Shown here piece after piece: positions 10,451 through 21,990 of a DNA stretch of 42,870 bases. Under the pieces are notes generated by a model. It ran no database searches. It was not told the DNA's origin and saw only the letters and a list, made by a program, of their open reading frames with translations. The stretch is taken from contig NC_068982.1 in NCBI RefSeq assembly GCF_001194135.2, positions 65,488,557 to 65,531,426 of the forward strand, read 5' to 3'. How positions within the stretch are numbered: the stretch's first letter is position 1; every line of letters starts with the position of its first letter. This stretch comes from Octopus bimaculoides (Eukaryota). Both the position numbers and the translations under genes were made by a program.

Positions 10451-11467
10451 ATAATAATCCTTTTATTATAGGCGTGAAACTTTCGGAGGAGGGGGGTGCC
10501 TAGTCGATTTACATCAATCCCCAGTGCTCAACTGGTACATATCTTATCGGCTCTTAATGGATGAAAGGTAAGTCAACCTCGTCAGAATTTGAACTAAGAA
10601 TGTAAGGTCAGAAGAAGTACCGCTAAGCATTTTGTTTTACGCGCTAACGGTTCTGCCAGCTCGCCATCGAATAAAGGTGGGTTCGCATTTTTGCACAACG
10701 CCAGAAATTTTGGGGGCGGGGATAAGTCGATTGCATCGATCCAGTGCTCGACTGGTATTTATTTTATCGATCCTGAAAGAGTAAAAGGCAAAGTCGACCT
10801 CGGCGGAATTTGAACTCAGAACATAAAGACAGACGAAATACCGTTGAACATTTTGGCCGGCGTGCTAACGATTCTGACGGCTCACCGCCCTCCCGTCACC
10901 TGATAACAATTATAATAATAGTCGTAGTAATCCTTTCTAATATAGGCACAAGGCCTGAAATTTTCGGTAATTATTCAGATTAACACCCGCACGATTTCCA
11001 CTAGGGTGTTAGGGTTTTAAGGTTGGGGTTAGGGTTAGAGTTAGGATTAGGGTTAGGTAATCGTGCGGGTGTTAATCTGAAAAATTACCAAATTTTCTGG
11101 GGTGGATGTTAGTTGATTACATCGACCCTAGTGCACAACTGGTAATTAGTTCATCGACCCCTAAAGGATGACAGACAAAGTCGACCTCGCCGGAATTTGA
11201 AATCAAAACGTAAAGACGGACGAAATGCTGCTAAGCATTTTAATCCGGCGTGCTAACGACTCTAATAATCCTTTCTACCGTAGGCACAAAGCCTGAAATT
11301 TGCGGGGAGGGGATTAGTCGATTATATCGACCCCTAGGACTCATCTGGTACTTACCATTTTATCGACTCCGGTAGGATGAAACGCAAAGTCGACCTCGGT
11401 GGAATTTGAACTCAGAACGTTGCGAAGCATTTTGTCCTATACGCTAACGGTTCTGCCGGCTCACTGC
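10451..11467 (-). mobile_element. Train of four head-to-tail family-B SINE copies (~10451-10667, ~10690-10890, ~10928-11262 with the MITE inside, ~11263-11467)
   Basis: Four successive copies with the same A/B boxes and core, separated by aataataat-type tails; CpGs largely intact. Confidence 0.88.
10966..11089. mobile_element. 124-bp MITE with 31-bp TIRs, 8-bp TSD and telomeric-repeat core (Merlin-like)
   Basis: Left TIR ggtaattattcagattaacacccgcacgatt (10966-10996); right TIR (11059-11089) matches at 30/31. TSD aaattttc at 10958-10965 and 11090-11097. The core is degenerate (TTAGGG)n. Inserted into a SINE copy. Confidence 0.92.
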
Positions 11468-13963
11468 GAAATGCTTTCTCTTCACCACTACCTTGCTACT
11501 CGAAAAAATTTCGTAATGTTGTTGATGAAGCTCAGATCTAATTCCTTTTATCTGTAACATTCAATAGTCTTAGATCTGACTTTACCACTTCCAAATTAAC
11601 TTTGACTACCACGTCTACCTGTGGATATCTAATTAATGGTTAAGTTTCGTAATGTAAACCTACTTGCACTCGATTCGGCTTAATCTTTGTTTTACGTTTT
11701 CATAACAAGTCCCTAGACTGGTTTAATTTTACTTATTACTCTCAACTGTTTGTCATTATTTTCATACCAATTAATCTTGTGGATAATCTCTTTGTTTATA
11801 TTCAATTTTATCTAGTTAATTCTAATCCTATTTCTGAAATCTATTTTATTTATCTTTTTGTTTTTGTTGTTTATAATCCGTTTAATATAGTAGCTAATCC
11901 TCTTTAATACTTTAGATTTCCTTAATCCTATTTTTCTACATAATTTACTCATAATTATCCACTTGTAGTCAAGTGCCAAAAAATTTCTTTATTTTTTTCT
12001 TCTTACACATGTGTGTGTGTATGTATATGTGTGTTCGCGCACGCAAGAGCATGTGTGAATTTATATACGTGTGTATCACAATAAAGTAGTTGTTGATAGG
12101 AAGGGCATCTAGCTGCGAAAACCTTGTCAAAAATAAAGTCATGCACAACATGGTTGTTATTTTGTCTTTTATTTGTACTAGATGCCATGGGGCCAGAGTG
12201 GATATCAAAACTAAGTGTGCAGGGAGTAGGTAGGACCTAACTTATTCCAGAACGGAAAGCAGTTGTATAACGATGGCGATATATGCACCTATTTCTGTAC
12301 ACATACATGGATTTGAGTTATGTGGCATTTAAAAAAATATTTTATAAGGGTGTTGATGCTTATCTACCTGTTGATTCAGTCTTCCTTGGTATTCAGAGAA
12401 ACGAACATTTCTGCACAATAATAGCGTTACGTAAAGACTTATTTTGAATGAATTCTCTATTCTTTTTGTCAACATTACTTGGAAGATACTGAACAGCCTC
12501 TAAGAATTCCAAATTTTTTCCTTTTTTATATTCTGTGCAAATTTTGACAAGTGTTAATTGAAGGTTAAGAAGTTAGTTTGAATCTCGTTCATGGCTCGAG
12601 TTTATTATATCAGACCAGAAGAATAAAATATTCAGAGGATAAATGAATGTTTAATAATATAATTTGCCTTATCCAATGGGATTTGTTATTAGGTGTTTTA
12701 GTAAAGTTACTGATGTTAGAGACCTTAAGGGAATTGTTCATAGGGAGATTTCTATCAACTGATTACTGCTTTAAAACTAGCTCTAACCACTAAATTTATG
12801 AGTTGTAGATTCATTTAACATTTTATAAACTCTTAAAACATCCTTTTTAAATGATATTTTTTAAGATTGTTGATGTTAGTTTGCCTCAAGTCTACATTAT
12901 TCAATTTAATATTTCTTTTTAATTTTAAAGTCAGTATACTGTAATTAGAGGGAGATTTACTTGCTATTTCCAGTAGGTTTAGCACCTCCATTGAGACACC
13001 TCATCAGTTCCTGCCCCCTGTCTCTCCTCTTTTCTCCCTCTCTTTCTTTGCTATAATCAATAACATAGTCAACTAGAATCCTGTTTAGGTACTGAGGAAA
13101 TAGTAAAGGAAGATTATTATGATAAATACATATAGTCATTACTGTTTTCAGTATGTTTGTGTGGTTAAGAAGTTTGCTTCCAAACCATGTTGTTTGGGAT
13201 CAGTTCCAAAGCTTTCTTCTTCATTTCCAATCTTCTGTGAAAACATGTCTGACCATGGAGATGGCTCAGGTGTATAACTTAACTATTGTTGTTTTTATGC
13301 AGATGACATCTTTGAGTATTTAACCTCATTGATTTGTTCATTATGACAATTTTCACCCCAACCTATGTACCATATTGTACATTTTTTTAAAGGTTTCTGT
13401 CTTTACTTTGGGAACTATATTGAAGGCTGTGCTTTCTAGATGAAGTCTAATGGAGCAAATCCTGTCTGGACTTGTTGAAATGAGTAAAATGATATTAGTC
13501 ATATCATGTTATCCTCACAGCATAAGTCTTTCTCATTAAATTCTTAATGCTTCCTACATTCAATATATTAACATTAATTTAGCTATCATTTTTTTATGCA
13601 GATGACATATTTGTGTAAGCAATTTGAATACTTTTTCTTCTAATGTTGTCAAATAATGACAGCTGCTCCAATTTTTCAGTGGATGTTTGTATACAGAGCA
13701 GTTGTGACCTGAAAGGTCTCTCATCAATAAGTAATAAACCAAACCATCAAATCTCCTGCTATAAAATTTACTTTTGTTTTTAATGAAATCATGCATTTTA
13801 TCTTTGCATCATAATCAAGATGGGATTGTCATTGTTTAGCCAACCAGTCAATAAAGTTTTAAACTTGGACCATTTGATCAGACAGAGGTCTAATGTGTAT
13901 TTTATGAGAGGTAAAGTGTTAGTTTTGAAATTGTCTGTTATACAGAGCTGTGTTAGATCGGTT

Positions 13964-13965
<2 letters not shown>

Positions 13966-13998
<33 letters not shown>

Positions 13999-14208
13999 TT
14001 CAAATTTTGGCACAAGGCTAGCAATTTCAGATGAGTGGGTAGGTCGACTGCATCTACCCCAGTACTCTGCTGGTACTTATTTTATCGACCCCTGAAAGGA
14101 TGAAAGGCAAAGTTGACCTCGCTGGAATTTGAATTCAGAACATAGCAGCAGACAAAATGCCATTAAGCATTTCACTTGGCATGCTAACGATTCTACCAGC
14201 TCACCACC

Positions 14209-14243
<35 letters not shown>

Positions 14244-14670
14244 TCTAATTTTGGCACAGGGCCAAAAATTCTGAGGGGAGAGTGAAGTTGATTACATTGA
14301 ACCCACTATTCAACTGGTACTTATTTTATCAACTCTGAAAGGATGAAAGACAAAGTTAACCCTCAGCAGGATTTGAACTCAGAACATAAAGAGCCAGATG
14401 AAATGCTACTAAACATTTTGTCTGATGTGCTAATGATACCAGTCTGCTGTCTACTATAATAATAATAATAATTCTCTCTAATTTTGGCACAAAGCCACCA
14501 ATTTTGAGGGAAGGGCACTAGTCACTTACATCAATCCCAGTACTTGACTGGTATTTTATTTCATCAACCCTGAAAAGGTGAAAGGTAAAGTTGATCTCAG
14601 AGGATTTGAACTCAGAATGTAAAGAGCTAGAAGAAATGCTGACACAATCATGCTTCTGCCATCTTTTCAC
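13966..14670 (-). mobile_element. Train of three head-to-tail family-B SINE copies separated by (TAA)n
   Basis: Copies ~13966-14210, ~14211-14452 and ~14453-14670 with the same core; extensive CpG to TpG/CpA decay. Confidence 0.88.
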
Positions 14671-16123
14671 CTTAATAAATAATGAGATTATTGAATGCAG
14701 TGCACTACAACTTGTGAGAAAAGGGTAAAAGAGGAGATAGAAAGCAGCAATAAGTCAAGTAATGAAGGCTGGCAATCATAGTCAAGAGTACAAGCATAGT
14801 ACATAAGTTGAAACAGAAAAGCAAAAAAGAAAAAAAAAAAAAGAGCCACAAAGAATAGAACTTATCTCTTTGTCACAGCTTTCAGCCTCCTCAACACCTC
14901 ATTTTTTGCCCCCCTGATCTAGCCCCACAAACTTCTACACCACCTCCCTTTTCTTCAGGGATTCTCTCAGGATTCCTCTCCACCCCAGTCTATTGCTCCC
15001 TTCCTGTTAGCTTTACCTCAGCCTCTTCCACCTCATATTAGATGGCCCTTACACAACCCTCTGTATCACTTTTTTAAGCCCCAACTATTACACAATCTCA
15101 GTTCCCACCACCCCATTCTTATAATTCTAAGGCTTTGTACGTGTGCAGCAAATGAACATGCAAACTTTATTTGAAGTTAGTTTTCAGTAGTTAAGCTACT
15201 CTCATAAATATCATTTATTCTCAAATCTGCATTTATTACATGTATAATAACTATTGCTCTCTTTCTCTCGACTTTCCCTCCTCTGCTGTTGCCCTGTACT
15301 TGAAAATATTGATAGCATGGTCATATAACTTGGTATGTTTAACAAGGAATGCCTTATTGTTATCTTTGTTGTTCATAAGGTACAAAACTTTGAATAGAGT
15401 GCAAAGTATTTTATTTTAAATTTAAAGTTCAGTATTGACTCATGTTCTGCATAAGTGTATGACTTTACTATTATCAGTTACTGTCAATGTGATTTCTCTT
15501 ACATTCTTATATGGGTAGTTGAGTCAAGTATTTTGGGGCTCACAAGCATTGCTTTATCTGTAGCCAAGTCATTTAATTCAAAATAATTTGTCCATGCTTT
15601 TTTTTTTCTGACTCCCATGCTTTTTTTTTTCTGAGATAGAATGGATCCAGGATCACATCCAATGTGTCCTTTTTTCCCCCAAGATAACAGTGTAATTTAG
15701 AGAGGGAGATCTGACTGCTATTTTTAGCAGGTTAAACAACCATGTAATAATTCCTACAGCAGCATTGTGGAATTGATGAATGTTTCAGTCGGTCTTGATG
15801 GAGAAGTACATGTAAAGGACTAGCATCATAATCCTGGTAGGAAGAGTCACTTACCAAAAGTGCTACAAAGTAAGATGGAACTCAGAACCATATGGTTGCA
15901 AAGAGAGCCTCTGAGCCACACATGCCAGTGCCTAGTTCAACTTCAGCTGTAGTTTTTTTTTTTTTTTATATACAGGACTTGACTAAAATATAATATCCCA
16001 ATGAGTTATATTTTCACTTCTGTCTCTAACCCATTACTTAACAACTATTAGTGTATTTATGAGTTGATTACTGATTTCTTACAGCTATAGAGTTTTGAGT
16101 TTGTCAATAAAAAAAAATGTATA

Positions 16124-16512
16124 GGCGCAGGAGTGGCTATGTGGTGAGTAGCTTGCTTACCAACCACATGGTTCCGGGTTCAGTCCCACTGCGTGGCACC
16201 TTGGGCAAGTGTCTTCTACTATAGCCTTGGGCCGACCAAAGCCTTCTGAGTGGATTTGGTAGACGGAAACTGAAAGAAGCCCGTTGTATATATATAGGTA
16301 TGTGTGTTTGTGTGTCTGTGTTTGTCCCCCCACCATCGCTTGACAACCGATGCTGGTGTGTTTACGTCCCCGTAACTTAGCGGTTCGGCAAAAAGAGACC
16401 GATAGAATAAGTATTAGGCTTACAAAGAATAAGTCCTGGGGTCGAATTTCTCGACTACAAAGGTGGTGCTCCAGCATGGCCGCAGTTAAATGACTGAAAC
16501 AAGTAAAAGAGT
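16124..16512 (+). mobile_element. tRNA-derived SINE family A, near full length and young
   Basis: ggcgcaggagtggct.tgtgg A-box, ggttcagtccc B-box, accttgggcaagtgtcttct box, internal (TA/TG)n, tail gactgaaacaagtaaaagag. Confidence 0.92.
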
Positions 16513-16680
16513 AAAGCATAAAAATAAAATTGTTTATCTTCAACTGAGATCTCTTGTCTCCCAATGTAGCATCATGAAATGCTAGAGAACCATGAAAAAC
16601 TAAATGGAGTAAAAATTAGATTTGTTCGGAAAGAAATGTCTTCAGAGGATTTTGTGGTAGTTTGAGCAAGAGAGTGAAGT

Positions 16681-16860
16681 TGTGTGGCCTCGTTGTTAGG
16701 GTGTTGCACTCACAATTGCAAGCTCATGGTTTCAATTCCTGAACTGGGTAATATGTTGTGCTCTTGAGCAAAAACACTTAATTTCACATTGCTCCATTCC
16801 ACTCACCTGTAAATCAGGTGACCCTGCGATGGACTGCTGTCCCATTCAGTGGGAATGTTG
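16681..16860 (+). mobile_element. Family-C SINE
   Basis: tgtggcc..gttgttagggtgttgcactcac..ttcaattcc..ttgtgctcttgagcaa..cact..ttgctcca.tccactca..accctgcgatggact. Confidence 0.7.
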
Positions 16861-17008
16861 AGATCTTGGTCACCTATGTGTCGCGGAAATTGGGTAAACA
16901 GTCCTGTCACTCCTAGAGCTTGAGGCAGTAATGTCTAGGGATTGATGATGATGAGCAAGGGGAAAATAAAAACACCAAAACAAATAAAAACAAAAGAAAT
17001 AAAGAAGA

Positions 17009-17720
17009 CACAGGTGTGGCTGTGTGTTAAGACGTTTGCTTCCCAACCACATGGTTCCAGGTATACTCCCACAGTGTGGCACCTTGGGCAAGTGTCTTTT
17101 GCAATATCTTTGGGCCAAACAAAGCCTTGTGAGTAGATGAGTAGATTTGGTTGATGGAAACTGAAAGAAGCCCTCACATATATATATGTGTGTGTGTGTC
17201 TTTGTGTCTGTATTTACATCCCTGTAACTTAGTAGTTCAGCAAAAAAGACTAATAGAATAAATACCAGGGTTAAAAAGAAAATAAGTACTGGAGTTGATT
17301 AGTTTGACTAAAATTCTTCAAGTTGGTGCCCCAGCATGGCCACAATCTAATGACTGAAACAAGTAAAATAATTAAAAAAAAAGGCATGGCTGTTTGGTAA
17401 GAAGCTTGCTTCCAAACCACATGGTTCTGGGTTCAGTCCCACTGTGGAATGTTGGGCAAGTGTCTTCTACCATAGCTTCAGGTAGACCAAAGCCTTGTGA
17501 GTAGATTTGGAAGATAGAAACTGAAAGAAGCCCTTCATGTACGTGTGTGTTGTCCTCGTAACTTAGAAGTTTGGTAAAAAGGGACAATAGAATGTGTACT
17601 AGGTTTAGAAAAAATAAAATAAAATAAAGTTGTTTCATTCAACTAAAAATTCTTCAAGGCAGTGCCCCAGCATGGCTGAAACAAGTAAAATAAAATAAAT
17701 AATGACTGAAGCAAGTAAAA
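17009..17720 (+). mobile_element. Two tandem, older family-A SINE copies (~17009-17370, ~17382-17720)
   Basis: Same head, body and tail as 16124-16512, with more divergence. Confidence 0.88.
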
Positions 17721-17819
17721 TAAAATAAAAAATGACAAGTGTTTAATAACCTGTAGAGTCATCTAACTTGTGGTATCATCTAATTTGTCCAACTAAACCT
17801 TTGAAAGTGGTTTAGTTGG

Positions 17820-18088
17820 ACAAATTGACCCCAGTACATGTTTTAATGTCTGGTACTTATTCTATTGGTCTTTTTGCTGAACAACTAAGTTAAGGAGACA
17901 TAGACAAACATTGATTGTCATGCAGGGAGAGACAAACACAGACAAACATACAACTTCCATCTACCAACTTGACTCACAAGGTATTGATTGGCCTGGCCTA
18001 TAGTAGAAGACATTTGCACAAAGTACCAAACAGTGGGATTGAACACAAAGCCATATGCCTACAAAGCAAACTTCTACATAACCATGTC
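17820..18088 (-). mobile_element. Degenerate family-A SINE, inverted relative to its neighbours
   Basis: Reverse complement of the head (cagtgggattgaac, agtagaagacatttgc) and of the 3' body (ttattctattggtcttttt). Confidence 0.75.
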
Positions 18089-18489
18089 TGGACTTATGTC
18101 CTAATATGTTCATTTTTCTATTCTTCTTTTTGTATTTTGTATTATTATTTGTGGATGTAGAACATCGCCAGTATCCTTCGATTCTATTATTTTGTTATGA
18201 TGTAGATTGCTCTTATGACACTAAAGATGTGATCTGGAAGAGATTTGGCAGTTATTTCTATCAAGTTAAACATCCACATAGAGATTCCTTTGTTTTGATA
18301 AAATATAGGGTGGGAAGTAAGTAACAAAAGAATCTATGTTAGAAAAATCTTATTAATAGGGAGTTGCTTTAAAGGAAAACCTGTGAAGGCATTCACATGG
18401 GAATTAAGTTAAGGAATAAAAATAACTGGCTGAAGGTAAATGAATAACAGCATTAATTTGTACTTTATGTATATAACTTTATATACTAT

Positions 18490-18875
18490 ATACCTGTATG
18501 TTTAAGGTGTTTGCATCCCAATCTTGTGGTTTGCATTCAGTTCTGCTGTGCAGTACCTTGGGTAAGTATCTTTTAATATAGACCTGGGCTGACCAAAACC
18601 TTGTGAATGGAGCTGATAGATAGAAGCTGAAAAAAGCTTGAGTGTGTGTGTGTGTGTGTTTGTGCTTCCTTTTCTTGACATCATGTGATAGTTTTAAATG
18701 AATGTCACCATCATACAAACAGTTTTATTTGTTTTCAATCTTCCACATGTTTAGTCACTTGGAAACAGGTGATGGTTGGCAACAGGCGGGGCATCCAACT
18801 ATAGAGAATCTGCCTCAACAAATTCTGTTTGATCCATGCAAGCCTGGCAAATTGAATATTAAGATGATTGATATA
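18490..18875 (+). mobile_element. Family-A head/body with RTE-type tail (variant A2)
   Basis: Family-A 5' half, then ttggcaacagg..gggcatcc..tagagaatctgcctcaa..ccatgcaagc..gatgat. Confidence 0.7.
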
Positions 18876-19207
18876 TCGCATCTGTATTGGCCAGACTATT
18901 GATTGTTGTTGTTATACACTGCTGCTTCTGATTCTTTCTTGATTGCATTATTCTTATCTATCATGGCCCAAATTTGTTTTTAATAAGCCATCTTCCTATC
19001 ATCGTGAAGCTCTACTGAGTGGCCTTTTCCCATCTCTAGGCTACCACTCAGCAACTGTACACATACATACCAGTTTGACAACACTGGAAGGATGACATGA
19101 CTAGCTATACTATTTTTGCTTGTAGGCATCTGGTATATTAATCAATTATTCAAGTGTGAAACAGTTCAACAACTCTTTTTATCATTATTATTATATTGCT
19201 TCAGGTA

Positions 19208-19432
19208 TTAACCTTTTTTGATACCAGTCTGCCTGAGACTGCCCCTGCTTCTAGTTACAAATGTTATTTTAAAGTGATCTAAATTAAAACCTATCAAAAT
19301 TTCATGTTAATTTATGTTCCACACATCAGCTTAATAATTACAAAGTTATTTTACTAAATTCTTAATTATTTTCAAAGTTAATTGAATTGAGAGCACTACA
19401 TCTCAGTAGAAATATTAAAACAAAAGTGTTAA
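19208..19432. mobile_element. piggyBac-type MITE
   Basis: TTAA-ccttttttgatacc ... aacaaaagtg-TTAA; TTAA at both ends with degenerate CCCTTT-type TIRs. Confidence 0.7.
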
Positions 19433-20110
19433 TGATGGTTTTGTATCATATTGATATTATTCTTTTATTCAATTTGGTCATTAGGCTGTAGCCATGCTCC
19501 AGAACACAGCACGCCACCGGAAATCGTACTCATGACCTTATGATCAGTGGCTGAATATCCCTAGCCACTGAGCCTCACACCTTCACTCTCTTAACTGTAG
19601 AGAAAAGGAGTGAACTGATAGAGACAGAGAAAGGAAAGCCTCAGTCATTTAAAATGACAATTAGACTGAAATATGGTCGATCTTTTCTAGTTTCTTTACT
19701 TTTAACAACGAAGAAGAGGGAAAGACATTTAGTAATGAATAGAGGGAAAGTCTTTCAGGTGTTTAGGTTTTCATTCTGGGAGTTCTAGAAGGATCGAGTG
19801 TTAGCTCTCTCTTCTTTCCTTCATCCCCGGTACTTATTTGTCTTCTTTGATTGTTTTCATGTCTTTTAGTTGGTGGGGAAAGACCATGTTTTTTTGTTTT
19901 TTTTCAGTCACGTTCAATGTTTTCTCTACAAACTACAAACAAGCCCTACTCCCTTCCTATTGTTTTTTCATACAAAAACTAATGCAAATTTCGAATGGGG
20001 TATAGCTGTGAAAAGAGCACAGAAAAATGAGTAATACCCACTACAAAATGGGTGGGGGAGAAAAGTTGCCAACAGGTGGCTACACAAAATTCAACTCTGT
20101 ACTTTATAGA

Positions 20111-20535
20111 GTGTCTTCTACTATAGCCTCGGGCTGACCAAAGCCTTGTGAGTGGATTTGGTAGACGGAAACTGAAAGAAGCCCATCATATATACATATG
20201 TATATTTATGTGTATGTGTTTGTCCCCACCACCATCACTAAGGTTACTATAAACGAGACACCTGATGAGTCAGATGGAATTCATTGAGGCAGATTTTCTG
20301 TGGTTGGATGCCCTTCCTGTTGCCAACCCTCGCTTGTTTCCAAGCAAGACAAGACAATATTTCCTCCTGGCCTGACGTTTTCACAAAAGATTAGAAACAA
20401 ACAGCACTGCTTGTATGATAGTAGCATTTTTTACAACTATCATATGATATCAAAACAAAGATACATATAACTGCACACATACACACACTGATATATGATG
20501 GGCTTCTTTCAGTTTCCATCTACCAAATTCACTTA
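20111..20535. mobile_element. Family-A fragment (+, 20111-20238) facing an A2 copy (-, ~20285-20535)
   Basis: Shared 43-bp segment in inverted orientation at 20151-20193 and 20491-20533 (2 differences). Confidence 0.8.
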
Positions 20536-21917
20536 CCTAATAGCTGTAAAAAAATTATTTTTAATGTTCTGTTGCCTTAAGTATATACATGTTTAATATT
20601 ATCTTTATATAAGTCAGTTCTATTTATTTATTGGTGGGAAAGAACCACCAAGAATGAAGTGCAATGTTAACGACAAAATATGAACTGTGGTTTCCTTAAA
20701 AAGCTGACCAATATCCTATAGGCCCAGGCAAAGTCAGACAAAAGCTTGCTTTGTTGGCGACTCATCCTTGCTACTTATGAAACATAGGCCTTTGGTTAAT
20801 TCTCACCACTGTTCATAAATCTGGGTTGTCTTTTCTACTTGTCTTTAGTTGGATCCCTGCTTTTCCTTGCTGTTTCCTTTTGGATTTTGTACTCCACGTC
20901 ATATGTTTCCTTGGGGGAAGGCCTTCTTCTCCCAGGTCTTGTTGGTTTTGAATTGTCATCAATGCTTCTGTTACATTGCTTTTTTTCTAGATAGAATTGT
21001 TGGCCCTATTTTTTTACCTCAGGGAAAGAACAGTCCATATTAGCCTGGCCACTATCCTTTGGCCTGTCCAGCATAGAAGGTCTTACCAGGAGCTTGCCCT
21101 CAATTGCTATATCTCTCAGGGTCATTGAAACACACAATCCACCACACTACAACAAGGATTCAACCTTATGGGTTTTGTTGATATGCTGTGAGGAAAAAGA
21201 AAATTTTAAGATTTTGAGACAATACCCTTCATCAAAGATGTCTGTTCATTCTCCCTTTAAAATTGTTAAATTATGAAATGGTGGTTGTATAGTGAAGCAC
21301 ATAATTATTTGTAATAATGATCATCATTTATTTATTTATCAATATTTATTATTTCTATAAGTCAGTCATAGAGGAAGAGCAGAACCCAAAATCCAGTGTT
21401 ACATTTCCATGTCCTTTCAAACCAGTGAGGATGATGGAGTTGAAGTTCTACATAAACATCTCTTGACACGATAATAATAAAAGCATGAATGGGAAGAGAA
21501 TTTTCAGGGGCTGCTGTTCTGGAGTGGAAGAGCTAAATGAATGTTAGGTACAGGATCTGACAAGTAAAACAGAGAGACAACAGAAATTTCTAAATCCTCA
21601 TACACATATTTATCTCCTGTAATTGTACAGCTGTTGACTCTTCTGAGGCTATCCTCTCTTCAATGGGTCTTGTTTTTATCCTACAGAATGTCCAAAAACC
21701 AGCCTAATCACCAAGCAGGTTGTATTGGGTTACATGTTACCAGAAGCAGTCAAGAGTAACTTGACACATTGTGTGTGTGTGTGTATGCATGTCTGTTATT
21801 TTTAGTTTGTAGAAAGTTGCAAATGTGGCTCCAGTCAAGAATTATCAAAATAATCCAAACTTGTGTGCGTGTGTGTGTGTGTGTGTATATGTGTATACTT
21901 AGATGGTTGTTTGTTAT

Positions 21918-21990
21918 GACCAGTTGGAGAGTGATCATTAGTTTCACGCCTATAAAGTACTTCGCTGTATAGGCGACTCATCATATTCAT
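21918..21990 (-). ncRNA. Degenerate hammerhead-ribozyme-like motif in the PLE 3' region
   Basis: Minus strand: aTGATGA g t CGCCTATA (13-nt loop) TATAGGCG t GAAAC ... GTC. Perfect 8-bp stem II at 21947-21954/21968-21975. C3 of CUGAUGA is mutated and stems I and III are poor. Confidence 0.5.

Noticed and set aside
10997-11058. True telomere or chromosome-fusion scar
   Set aside because: The array is short, degenerate, single-orientation, and bounded by TIRs and a TSD, so it is transposon cargo.
16124-16200. tRNA genes at SINE heads
   Set aside because: A and B boxes are present, but there is no closed cloverleaf or acceptor stem, and each continues into a multi-copy SINE body.
20735-20790. 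Minus-strand gatgagtcgcc... hairpin resembling the 21.9-kb hammerhead
   Set aside because: No CUGA before it and no GAAA after the stem.
21360-21750. Further PLE RT/thumb relic (HP.....S-like stretch)
   Set aside because: Too degenerate to support by eye.
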